A DNA stretch of 62,739 bases, the filler included, from Globobulimina sp. (taxonomy: Eukaryota): the NCBI GenBank assembly GCA_003354225.1. It is 11 parts of 11 records of this genome, joined end to end, with 100 filler letters (N's around TTAATTAATTAA, not from the genome) between each part and the next. Parts side by side here need not be neighbours in the genome. Positions count along the whole stretch, not along the records: positions 11,454 to 17,072 come from PIVH01000487.1; positions 17,173 to 22,791 come from PIVH01000488.1; 9 more parts are not named here. One strand, given 5' to 3'. Numbering within the stretch: position 1 is the first letter of the stretch; each line of letters opens with the position of its first letter. Of this stretch, positions 11,454-22,891 are shown one piece after another. Made by a program: the position numbers and the translations under genes. The notes below the pieces were generated by a model, which was not told where the DNA came from, searched no databases, and saw nothing but the letters and a program-made list of their open reading frames with translations.

Positions 11454-14400
11454 GTTGATGGTGGGCAATTGGTCATAATTAATAAACTCCTCCTTCACAA
11501 ATTCGTGCTCGATGCCAAATATAAGCGATGGACACTGGCTCTCGCGATATTGCTCAATCAATGCATGGATTGTGTCTGTAAACGAGACCCAGCCAATCAT
11601 GCCGCAGTTGGGCGCCAACGGTATCACTGCATACGTACGGATCTCCAAATCCCTTTTGTTTGTCTCATTGTTGGATTTTAGTAATCTGTTAATCAAACCA
11701 AACAATTGCATGACGCGCTCATCCTGACGCAGATCCTCCTTCCCCTTCAGCAGAAACGTATAGTTATTGCCATCCGTCCCTAATATGGTCAGCTTACGTG
11801 GCCGCTGCGCAGTGCCTACAAACACACTCATACTGGAGTTGAATTTGAAGATATGCACATTGTTCACGTGCGCATTATTCCCTTTGTACGTGCCTGGCAT
11901 CACAATCTCTAAGTTATTGGCATTGAACAAGTGTGGCGATACGTATTGTAAATCTAAATCGGTCAATTTGTCAAATTGCTGATCTATTTTATTGTAAACC
12001 CTCCGATAATACTCCCATGCTCTTAGCATGTCTTGTTCGTTGCGGTTCTTTTCCGGCGTTTTTTTGTATTGTTCCACCAACTTCCACGCCGCCAATAAAT
12101 CCAATTTGAACGCATCCTCAAAGGCTTGTTCACGCAGTGTCTTTGCACCGTATTTGTCACCGACATTCCACAACAACTCATACAATGGTTTCAAGCGCAA
12201 TATCATGGCATTGACATTGCGCTGTTTGCCCCAAAATAGGCGGGATGCCTCAATCAAGGCTTCGTACCACATCTCATGCCATAATATGGCAACCCGCAGT
12301 AATTCCTTACTAATCATCTCGCCCTCCACTACTAAGTTATGATAATTCAATCTTATTTTATCCAACAAGGACTTTGCCGATTTCTTGCGTATAATATTTG
12401 GCGATTTCGAGGCCACCGTCAATGGGAAAATCAAGGATTGCGGATGGGAGCGGCCCACTTTTACCAACAAGCCATGAATCAATGAGCGCACTTTTAATTT
12501 GCCAATGTGCAGTCTGGCAATGATTTGTGGGATCACACTCAGCCATATATCAATGCTGATGTTCTCAAAGCCGCGTTGCAATGCATTGGTGACTCGGCTC
12601 AAATCGCCATAACGAAACCACAAATACAGCAAACGCAACACGTCTTGCAATTTGGTATCGGACTTCGTGTTTTTATTATAGCCAAAGATAATGCTCTTAA
12701 ACAAAGCATCCACCGCCGCCGGGATTAGACTCAGTAACTTGGCGCTTTTGTCCACTTTCACCATCAATTTCTTATTTCGATCCCTCCGCTTCCGATTCCG
12801 CTGCTTGTCCTCATAATGCTGGATTGCTTGGTAGTTCATCAATGCCCAGGCATGCCACGAATAAAACGACTTTGGATCGTGCATTGTCGCCTTCTTATAA
12901 CACAGCAAAACCTCATCGATCGCAGTATCCGTCAGACACTCATTCTTCTCACACTGCAATCCGCCTAATCGCAGATAGCAACTTGCCGTCAAATGATGGT
13001 AATAATAGTATTTCTCCTCAGTGAAATCCGGCCGGCCTTCATAATACGCCATGAAACTCTCCATGAACTGCACCAAACCACTCAACTGTGCCAGGGCTTG
13101 GTTCTTCAGACCCGCAGACCATAAATGCTTCGCGTACGCAAAAGCTACGTTCGGTTGGGCGTCCACGTATTTGTCCTCCGCCATCGCCTGTTCGTCGTCC
13201 ACCTGTTCCTGCGCATCGCCCATCTTTTCATCCACGTCTATGGATTTCATGTAGCGCGAAAACAGAGACACGTCGCGAGCCTGCACCCGGCGTACACCCA
13301 GCGGGAAGGTCAACGTATCGTTCATACAGTTGTGCAGCTTGGAGGCACTGCCCGTTTTCTTCAACGCGGGCGCCCATCTCACAAAATTGTTGTTGCTGTT
13401 CTTGTTATGCGAGTAATACATCTGGTGATAAAACAAGATGTTCTCATTGGGATAGCCCATCAGATTGGCAATGATCTTCAAGCTCATCGATAACCGGTTG
13501 CTTTTGCGGCACAATGATGTGAATTGCAGCCATGTATCCACATCGTCCTGCGGCCGGATCACCAGCTGGCGAATGGACAGTATGCTCTGCCACACCTCGA
13601 CGGAGTGAGACACAAAACTCAGCCGCTGTTTCCACATTGACTCCAATTCCAGGCACTTAGTTTTGTTATTATGCACTTTGGCATCTTTGTACAACAAAAT
13701 CTCCTCCAATTCGACCAATTGCTGTGCGCGGATACAGAGAGGATACATATTTTCATAATCATCCACGATGATACTCGTGAACTTTTCATCTAAAAACTCC
13801 CGGCATTTCTCAATCCAATACAGAGCCTGTTCGCTGTCAGTATCATGTACGGATAATATCGACCGTAGAAAGGCACCGTCAAAGTTATTGTTTGCATTGA
13901 TACGTTTGACAAAATATTTCATTTTGTCCCATTTGGATAAATTCCAACACGCCATGGCGCCCAACGGTGCTACGTCGCGTTCGAACTGCAATAAAATGGT
14001 CTCAGTGTCCTTTTTGGCCTCAGAGGACTTCATGCGACGCGCGCCTTTTTTGCGTTGTTTTTGGAGCTTTGCTATGGTGGCATTGAAGCCACTGCGTTGG
14101 CGCGGACTGTGTCGAGTGGCGATGTTATTTTTCTCGTGACGGAGACTTAAGGAATCTCGATATTGACGCTTTTTGTTTTTAATGTGACCGTTGCCATTGG
14201 ACATGGTCTGGTTGTCTTCGTCTGTGATATCGGAGATATTGGCGTCATTCATCATGTTGTGTGTTGTGGTGCGGTTGTTTAAGCGCTCTAATTCTAACTT
14301 GATGTCATTCACCGAGTCGTTGGCGAGGTTATATAATCTATCCCATTCACCGAGTGCTTTTAGACAACGCATGCGGCCCAAGGAAGCAGTTATATTTGCG

Positions 14401-17072
14401 TTGAGGTCGTTTGGTGGACATTCTAAATGCATTTTGCTGTACGCATCTAAGGCTTCCTCCCAACGGTTCAATTTCTCAAACCATGTGGGCTTGATATTGA
14501 TTTGCGGTTTGTGCATCTGAGTGTATTGCAAGATACCTTCTGCGGCTTCATTTTGTTGTAACTGGTTATTGATCTTCAACAATGATTCGGCGGTTAGCGA
14601 GTAAGAAGTGTTGAATTTTGCATGGATCACTGAGATATCGATGTTATTACTATAATGGGTCTGAACAATGTATGAAATTTAAGCAGTGTGGGACAACGAC
14701 ATTATGCGTTAAACAGAATTTGTACGGAAAACTTTTAAGTCAGCTTGAAAAATGCTGAAAACACACCTGGTGTTTCATGCCAGCATGATACAGTTTCGTA
14801 ACATATCCATTATAGGCGGTATGATGCTTACTTCCATGCATATGTGATGAGGCCATATGAATGGCGGAGCGTCCTATGGTTAAACAAGCCGATCGGAACT
14901 GTCGTTCTTTATAATATAACGCATTGGGAAAGGAATGACTTAATTCCGCTACGTGAGCTAGTACCGGTATTTCAATCCAGATGGAATTATTTTGGCGGTC
15001 CATAAACTCGACCAAACCCAACAATATCTTCTTCACCTTTGCCGGAACTAACTTTGTTTTTTGCAGTGCAGACATCAAACTGCGTCGACATTCATGTTGG
15101 AATTTATCATTTAGTTCCAACCAACACGACAGAAATGCTGCATTGAACAAGTCATTGGCCAATCCTTTATATTTCTGTGCCAATGACGCATTTACTCGTA
15201 GCTCTTTGCGTGGATTTTGTGATAACAGTTCGCATTGAAAGCCGTGCAGCCACGCAAACCAATCACGTTCGGCGGCTCTCCCCGTAATATCCCAAGCTTT
15301 GCGCAACATTACCTCGGCTACTTTTAATTTTTCTTGCTTTTCATCTGTATTTATCGGCTCCTTTTCTTCCAAATCCTCATCGCCTGCATCAAACAGATGC
15401 TCTTCGGCCGGGTTTTCAATGCTGCCTTGTCGCGAAAATTTAGACGACCGACCTGGGACATAACCTGTGGCAGAAAAACAAATATTAATCCTAAAAAAAA
15501 ATAGATTGTAAAAATATACCATTTAATTGTTTCTGTAAAGACGCAGATAAATATTTATCGTGAAATAATTGCTGTGTTAATTTGTTGACACTCGCATCCG
15601 ACATATTACTTAAATTATAATTCATTAAACGATTCAATAACTCACTGTATTGTCGATGCGATTTCTTACATTTGGTAACCGTCCGAGTCATCATCGGCAC
15701 GAATATTAAATAGTCCTTTCCCATTTTAATCATCATCAAACACAGTGTGCCCATAGTCGCATTAAACAACGATGTATCCACTTTATGTCCATACGTATTG
15801 ATAATATGTGTCAAGGGATGAATAATCCGCGAAGTATAGGCATTGAAATCGCATTTTGTGCTCAATCTACCAATGCATTCAATCGATTTAATGCGCACAA
15901 GCAACGAGACATCATTCGATTGAATCAATTCCATAATCGGTGGTAACACTAAAAACAAAAAATCCTGCAAATTGTTACCAAATATAGTCAATGCATTCAA
16001 CGCTGAAATGGTGCTACGTTCGCCACCGCCGCCAGGTCCACGACGTAGCACCAACAATAACTTCGGTAGCAAGGCATGTAAATATTGCTTAAATTCGTCC
16101 TGGATCGCTCTGCAAATCTCAATCATAACATACAATAATTGGTCTTGTAACTCGTAATACGATTTAATATTAGTCTGCGAAGGGATATTTGCGGCATTTA
16201 TCACTGCTTTTTTCTTCTTTTTAAAGCCCACTGTTTTGGCGCCATGGCCATTCATCATATCTTGTTTGGACTCAGTCTGCAGATTTAATTGAACCGGATT
16301 GATACTTGCAATATTATGCAATGACTGGGACGAATGGGTGGTTAACATGGATGTTTTTGGGAGATAGCCATTGCCAAAGGGACCAAATGAATCACTGCCA
16401 GTACGTACATGGTTATATATATCCATATCATTGTCATTATTCATCAAGTTATCATTGTCAATGGATAGGGATTGATTATTTAAATTGTTGTCTCCCATCA
16501 TAAACGAAGAGGGATGGTTATAATATGGATGGTAGCGGTTATATACACCGCCGCCACCAACCGCCGGCATACTCGCAATGGAATGTTTGTTGTGTGCCAT
16601 ATTTGGATGGCGTGTCCCACTCCGAATGGCCCGCATCATCATCAAAGTGTAGGCATTCTCATCCCATAAATTGTGAATCAGCTCAAATATCTCGGCTAAA
16701 TAGGTGCGAATATGAGACTTTACGATGCCAATCAATCGCGCCAATTGTTGCAATAACATGGCACGTTGCGAGGCACTATGAAACGTCTTCAAATTGCTTA
16801 AAATTGGCGGGATTACATTTTGTAGATATGATATGCTCTCTGATTTGATAAACGCAAATATCTTTGTGATATTACCTAAACTCTCTCGATGGTATTCATG
16901 CAAACTCGCATTATGTACAATTAATATCAATGCACGCAGCGCCACATAAGCGTAATACTGCGGATCGCGAGAACCTGTAATCAGCAAAATATTACTCTCC
17001 GATAAGAAATCAGACTCTTCTTCGTCATAAAACTCATCCTCGTTAATATTATCTGTATTCATTTTAACCTTT
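11454..17072 (-). CDS. TOR: Target of rapamycin kinase, truncated at both ends; introns 15519..15465 and 14766..14661
   Basis: HEAT repeats, FAT region (WFEKLNRWEEAL; LQDVLRLLYLWF), FRB (RVAILWHEMWYEALIEASRLF) and kinase N-lobe (QRPRKL, LLKGKEDLRQDERVMQLFGLIN). Confidence 0.96.
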
Positions 17073-17172
17073 NNNNNNNNNNNNNNNNNNNNNNNNNNNN
17101 NNNNNNNNNNNNNNNNTTAATTAATTAANNNNNNNNNNNNNNNNNNNNNNNNNNNNNNNNNNNNNNNNNNNN

Positions 17173-17291
17173 AAAAAAAATAGATATAATTGTGTATTAT
17201 GTAAATGTAAAATATCAATTCATTGGAACGAGCATGTATTGAATAATTTGTGTGTATATATAACATTTACGAATAATAATTTGCGTATTGA
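17173..17291 (+). repeat. 119-bp terminal direct repeat, copy 1 (copy 2 at 22673-22791)
   Basis: The first and last 119 bp of the contig are identical, offset by exactly 5,500 bp. Confidence 0.95.
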
Positions 17292-17551
17292 GAGTTTAGC
17301 TGCCAATCAATATGATATTATTAAGATATTGAAAGTGAGAAAAGTTAAAATTTAAATTAATTATTTGTCGTTTTAAAAAACATTATTTATCTGCGTGTTA
17401 TCTTTGTGATTAGGTGATACTGTGTGTGTTACCAACTATATTTTTATTACATTTTTCTTTTTGTTTTCATTATATCCAATATTATATTGTATCTGTTACA
17501 TATTTATTGCTAAACTTTGTGTTCTCACAATGTTCTGTTTATGTTAAATTC

Positions 17552-17588
17552 ATCTCCTTTCTTATTAATATAAGCATATACCTTTTAA
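17552..17588 (+). repeat. 37-bp dispersed direct repeat (second copy 20818-20854)
   Basis: ATCTCCTTTCTTATTAATATAAGCATATACCTTTTAA occurs twice. Confidence 0.9.
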
Positions 17589-17829
17589 ACTAAAACAAAC
17601 AATATAATATAATTTATTTTATTTTATTTTTCTCTTTTAAAATATTCAATATTAATTATTAAGTTTTTTGTTCTTCGCTTGTTTTTTCGCCATAAATATT
17701 ATCACCAAATTAAAAAACAAAACTTCTTCACTCACTCACTTCTACTCACTAACTTCTTTCCTCTTGCTGTTACTCGTCAAGTCAAGTAAGCTAAAGCGAA
17801 AAGAATAGTAATCAAAAAAAGAAAAGAAA

Positions 17830-19167
17830 ATGATATTGCATTTACTATCAATATCACTATTATTTGTGGCTTATTGCGTGCACGGGACTCCTTATGGTGC
17901 GATTATTGGCAATAGTGAGGTGATTATGGGTGTTGGTAGTTATGGATCGTTAAACGTGCCATACCGAGCCGTGTCTGCCTTTTCTTTGCCTAACGTAGAT
18001 CCAACCGGACTGGAAGCCGTTGGTCTGCGATCTCGCCGCAATGAGTATTTTAATTCGGTGGAGGCCGGTGTACAATGCGAAGGATGGGGTGTTCGAATGC
18101 ATCATAAATTCGGAGGATCGAGCCGCTGTAAGTATGGAGATTACGGTTTTAATTTAAATTTAGTATCATTTGCAGGGACAGATGGCGCTTCTGTTGCAAC
18201 CTCGATAGTGCGAGATACGACGGATAGTTTTCAAGTTTCGCATGATTTTTATGCATCGCCTCACTCGCAATATGTGTTTGAGTGTGATGTGACTATTACA
18301 AATTTATTAGCGGTGCGGAGTGAGCGTGCGCGGTATCGCCGTGTTTTAGACTGGGATATGTGGCCCTCATTGTTTAACGAATATATCACCATTTGGGGCA
18401 CGCAAACTGTCCCAAACTTAATACTGTCCAATGATAATGGTTTTTGTTTTCCAGATCCAAGTTCTTATTGTTCGCCGCTCATAGCTGCAAACAATATTGA
18501 TTTTGAAGATTCTGGGCCTGCGGACCACGGCGCTCAATTTACATTAGATTTTGGTCCATTGAACGGTTACGAATCTGCGTCATTTAAAATATTTTTTGGA
18601 GTCAGCGATGGTGAGACTGCGGCGGAGGTGGCTTTAGGCGCCGTTGGCAGTGAATTATTCAGCATCGCACAACAAGCAGGCGACCCGACTGAGGGTCTTC
18701 CTTTTACGGCGATTTTCGGATTTGGTGATGTCGGCGGTGAGGATTTTGCGCCATGCGGAGAGTGCGTGACAAGTTGCACAGATTTGGCGGCCGGCAATTA
18801 TCGAGCTTGTAATGCTTGCAATGTTTTTGTGAGTTGCTCGGTTGGAGGCATTTTTTCGCAGACCACCTGTCCGGAGCCATTAGTGTGGAATGATGCGCTC
18901 AAGATTTGTGATTGGGATTCGCATTGCAATTTTGGTTTATGTAACACAGAGTCTTTGCAAGATGTGGATGCTACGCCGGCGCGCTGCGGAGACTGTGTCA
19001 GTGACTGCACAAATGTAGATCTTGGAGATTATATATCGTGTTCTGGCACGGCAGCGCAATATGCTTCGTGTGGCGCTGGCGGCATTTTATACGATTTTCG
19101 ACCCTGTGGTGCTGGCACAGTATGGGATGATATGTTGAAGATTTGTAATTGGGTGTCTTCATGCTAA
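17830..19167 (+). CDS. Secreted protein: bacterial-surface-protein-like N-terminal domain plus two chitin-binding type-2 (CBM14/peritrophin-A) repeats
   Basis: Signal peptide; intronless 445 aa. Two Cys repeats: C..GNYRAC..C..FVSC...CPEPLVWNDALKICDW and C..GDYISC...YASC...CGAGTVWDDMLKICNW. Confidence 0.75.
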   Translation: MILHLLSISLLFVAYCVHGTPYGAIIGNSEVIMGVGSYGSLNVPYRAVSAFSLPNVDPTGLEAVGLRSRRNEYFNSVEAGVQCEGWGVRMHHKFGGSSRCKYGDYGFNLNLVSFAGTDGASVATSIVRDTTDSFQVSHDFYASPHSQYVFECDVTITNLLAVRSERARYRRVLDWDMWPSLFNEYITIWGTQTVPNLILSNDNGFCFPDPSSYCSPLIAANNIDFEDSGPADHGAQFTLDFGPLNGYESASFKIFFGVSDGETAAEVALGAVGSELFSIAQQAGDPTEGLPFTAIFGFGDVGGEDFAPCGECVTSCTDLAAGNYRACNACNVFVSCSVGGIFSQTTCPEPLVWNDALKICDWDSHCNFGLCNTESLQDVDATPARCGDCVSDCTNVDLGDYISCSGTAAQYASCGAGGILYDFRPCGAGTVWDDMLKICNWVSSC

Positions 19168-19535
19168 TAAATAAAATTATATATTTTTTCTTTTTTCTTT
19201 TGTTGTTTTTTTGTTGTTTTTTTGTTGAGTTGCTTTTTTTTTGTTGTTACGACGCATTGCAATTTTAATTTATAATTTTATATATTTTATATACTATTAA
19301 ATTGACAAACTGAATTTAAAAATAATACCAGTGCATGGTGACACATACATTTTTTCGTCTACGTACGTTGTGATATGTGATGTGATCTGGAAAATATTTC
19401 TAAAAATTTGTCGTTTGCCGATTTTCTCCAAGTGAAAAAACAAACACAAAAACACAAGCTTTTTTGTAAAGTATGGGTCTCTGCTAGAAGCAAATAACAT
19501 AGCTGCAAACAATGTTAATGTTATCATTGATAAAC

Positions 19536-19744
19536 TCATGGGTATAATATTTCCATATCTAAACTTTGCATATGTTGATCCGATCGCAAAGTGAAGCAGT
19601 ATTATAAACTAGATGTTATCACCCAATCATCAACCAGCTTACTGAAACTTAGTGAAAACGAAAAATGATGCCTAACATCTAGTTACCGCTTTCACTTTGC
19701 GATCAACATATGCAAAGTTTAGATATGGAAATATTATCCCATGA
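19536..19744. mobile_element. Foldback/MITE-like inverted repeat, arms about 75-80 bp (19536-19618 and 19673-19744)
   Basis: TCATGGGTATAATATTTCCATATCTAAACTTTGCATATGTTGATC... matches the reverse complement of 19673-19744 with few indels. No clear TSD. Confidence 0.7.
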
Positions 19745-20870
19745 ATTATAGTTAAACGATGTACAGTGTATTGGCAAGGTACAACAGGGTGGTTTATTGG
19801 GAATAGCCTCCCAAATATGCGGTAATTAATAAAAAGGTCCAAAACGCAATCATTCAAATGCGCAATCTGATAACAACAACAGCACTTCCAATGGATGTTG
19901 CATCATTTAAATTAAAGAAGATTAAAAGTAAAAAGTTTGTGGATTTTGGATCTAAAAAGATTACAAGGATATAAAAATAATTGGTTTGTCATGGGTTTAT
20001 TTAAAAAAACAGATGTGTAGAAACGATTTTAATTGAATTAAAACAAAAAACATTAGAAACGATTTTAATTAGATGTGTAGATATAGGTAAACAAAAAACA
20101 GACGATAATTTATTGCCTAAATTTTGATAAATATCTTTTAATAATACTGGATCGCGAATCGCGATGGCAATTTAATAAATATCCCAATTTGAATTCTTAC
20201 GTTGGGCGCAATACTTACAATTCATGTTGAAATAATAACGTTTCTTTAATACATTGCTTTGTTTTTTATCAAATACCACATATTTAGCACAATATCGCCC
20301 TAAACTCAGCCATGAGAATCAATATATCGCCAGAGATCATACGCACACAAAGTCAGCGATCATTTTGATTTGTATGAAATATAAATAATGAATAGGCTAA
20401 CTATGACTAGGACTACGATGTTATGCATATGTATGTGCTGCTGTTGATGTGTATGTTGTGCTTTAAACAGAACAACATAATATATATAAATACATACAAT
20501 ATACGTCAAATTAATTTGTGTACAAAAAAGTGGAAGACGACAAAAAGTTGCTCCAAATATGTTATTCTTAGGATTGCACTGAGCAACAAAATAAGAATTT
20601 CATCGATGTCCCGGCCTTTCATCACGAGATATGATTTGATTAGTTAGCAAAATATGTAAATGTCAGATTCATTATTTACACAACGTCGGATCATCGGATT
20701 TACCAATCACCACAGAGAATTTGTTACACTAATTTTTATTTTAGTATGTTAAAGTATTCAGTGCTTAACAGATTCAATCACAGGGGTTCTTAGCTGCATG
20801 CAGCTGTTTATTACCATATCTCCTTTCTTATTAATATAAGCATATACCTTTTAATTTTTTTTTCTTTTAA

Positions 20871-21608
20871 GGTAGTACCGGAACTAAGCAATATAAGGCT
20901 AGATTAAAGAGAATTCAATGGAATTCAAAAATTCTTTCAACAGACAATAGCTATGATCCTCAGGTATGTTTGTACATGAAATAAATTATGTTTCTGTTGT
21001 ACATGCTATTCAGAAACAAAGGCAAACACTACACGTTTTTGGGATGATTGGTCTATAGATGCATCAAATTAGCTCGCAATATTAACTTTGAATAAAATTA
21101 CTTTGAGATGTGAACACATCCAATAAATACGAAACTTTCCAACAGAACAGATTTTTCATATATTGCTTTAAACGTAAGAGCATCAGGTTTTTAGCGTCAG
21201 GTTTTTATTGTTTCTGAGAAACGAAGGCAAACCTATACTATTTTTACCTTTATCAGTCACCAGAAACGGTTTGCTTACACCTTACCCCAATAAAAATCTG
21301 ACGCTGAAGACAAGATGCTCTTTATTCAATTGTTTCTTCAAAAACAATCATTTTTTGTTGTATGCAATATATGAAAAATCTGTTCTGTTGGAAAGTTTCG
21401 TATTTATTGGATGTATTCACATCTCAAAGGAATTTTATTCAAAGTTAATATTGCGAGCTAATTTGATGCATCTATAGACCAATCATAGAAACATAATTTA
21501 TTTCATGTACAAACATACCTGAGGATCATAGCTATTATGTGTTGAAAGAATTTTGCATTCCATTGAATTCTCTTTAATCTAGCCTAATTGCTTAGTTCCT
21601 GTACTGCC
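20871..21608. mobile_element. 738-bp palindromic non-autonomous DNA transposon with TTAA TSD and GG...CC termini (Kolobok-like MITE)
   Basis: TTAA|GGTAGTACCGGAACTAAGCAAT ... ATTGCTTAGTTCCTGTACTGCC|TTAA. Arms of about 320-340 bp are near-perfect inverted copies. TTAA at 20867-20870 and 21609-21612. Confidence 0.85.
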
Positions 21609-22084
21609 TTAAAGAGGCAATAAAGTTTTAATTACACACAATATAATATAGGCAATATATAGTGTGGCAACATAAACATGACAAGATAATTGCGAAAAAA
21701 ATAAGGAATATATTGTATTGCTGATTTTATATTGCCTATTTTGCTGTTTTTTGAAAAATGAAAATAAATTTGAAATTAATATTGGAAATTATAAAAAAAC
21801 CAAAAAAAAAGCGTGTCATTGCAACCCCTTTCATAACAAAATAAAATAGCAAATGAAAATTTAAAAAAAAATTAAAATAAAAAAAAAAAACCATCAAATC
21901 CTAAAATTCCTATCCAAAAAAAACAAAAAAAGGCCTGTCATTACGATTAAAACAACACCACACATAGCTTATTTAAAAACGAAAATAAAATAAAAAAAAA
22001 AGCCCTATTTATCCTAAAACAATCATTGATCCTCTTGATTCTCATCTTCCTTCATCCTCATCTTGCTTGCATCAGGCGCATCAG

Positions 22085-22655
22085 CTACATAATTAAAGCT
22101 CCTACAGCAGCAAGACAAAATCGTTTAAATTTTATTAATTTGCCACCGGCGCCCACCAATTGTAGATCAACCGCCTCGACTCTACCATTGGATCTCGTGA
22201 AGGTCACGTTCCGCATTTTCTTAAACTGGACCTTCATTCCGTCCGCAATCTGAAAAAAAATAGTGCATCGCAATCGCATCCATCACAGTGATAAAAAGCA
22301 TTTAAAGCGTGAAATACTCTTGCTGTCCATGCGTGAAATCTTCGTCCACCATACAATACCCATTTAACATCTTCGTCCACCTATCACGTACATTCTTAAG
22401 CAACCCAGTAAATACCCTTTGTCCAAATTCTGGTATTACTACAAATTCACTCCCAAGCCAATTAATACCTTGTCCGTTGCCACCACGTCGGCCGTAACCA
22501 CCGTTATAACCACCTCTACCGTTGCCACCACCTCTGCCGTAACCGTTATAACTACCAAATTGACGGTAACATTCCAAATTGATTTTTTTACTGAAACATT
22601 CCAAATTGACGGTGATATGATTACGAAAATGCTCAGATTTATTACTGGTAATCAT
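22085..22655 (-). pseudogene. Gly-rich/RGG plus possible cold-shock-like domain, interrupted by a stop and frame change
   Basis: YGRGGGNGRGGYNGGYGRRGG tract followed by ...GMKVQF...GRVEAVDL in another frame. No intron found that restores the frame. Confidence 0.3.
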
Positions 22656-22672
22656 AAAATATTATGGGATGA

Positions 22673-22791
22673 AAAAAAAATAGATATAATTGTGTATTAT
22701 GTAAATGTAAAATATCAATTCATTGGAACGAGCATGTATTGAATAATTTGTGTGTATATATAACATTTACGAATAATAATTTGCGTATTGA
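22673..22791 (+). repeat. 119-bp terminal direct repeat, copy 2
   Basis: Identical to 17173-17291. Confidence 0.95.
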
Positions 22792-22891
22792 NNNNNNNNN
22801 NNNNNNNNNNNNNNNNNNNNNNNNNNNNNNNNNNNTTAATTAATTAANNNNNNNNNNNNNNNNNNNNNNNNNNNNNNNNNNNNNNNNNNNN

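Noticed and set aside
20011-20100. Short scrambled duplications (AGATGTGTAG, AGAAACGATTTTAATT, AAACAAAAAACA)
   Set aside because: Too short and AT-rich to separate from slippage or repair scars.
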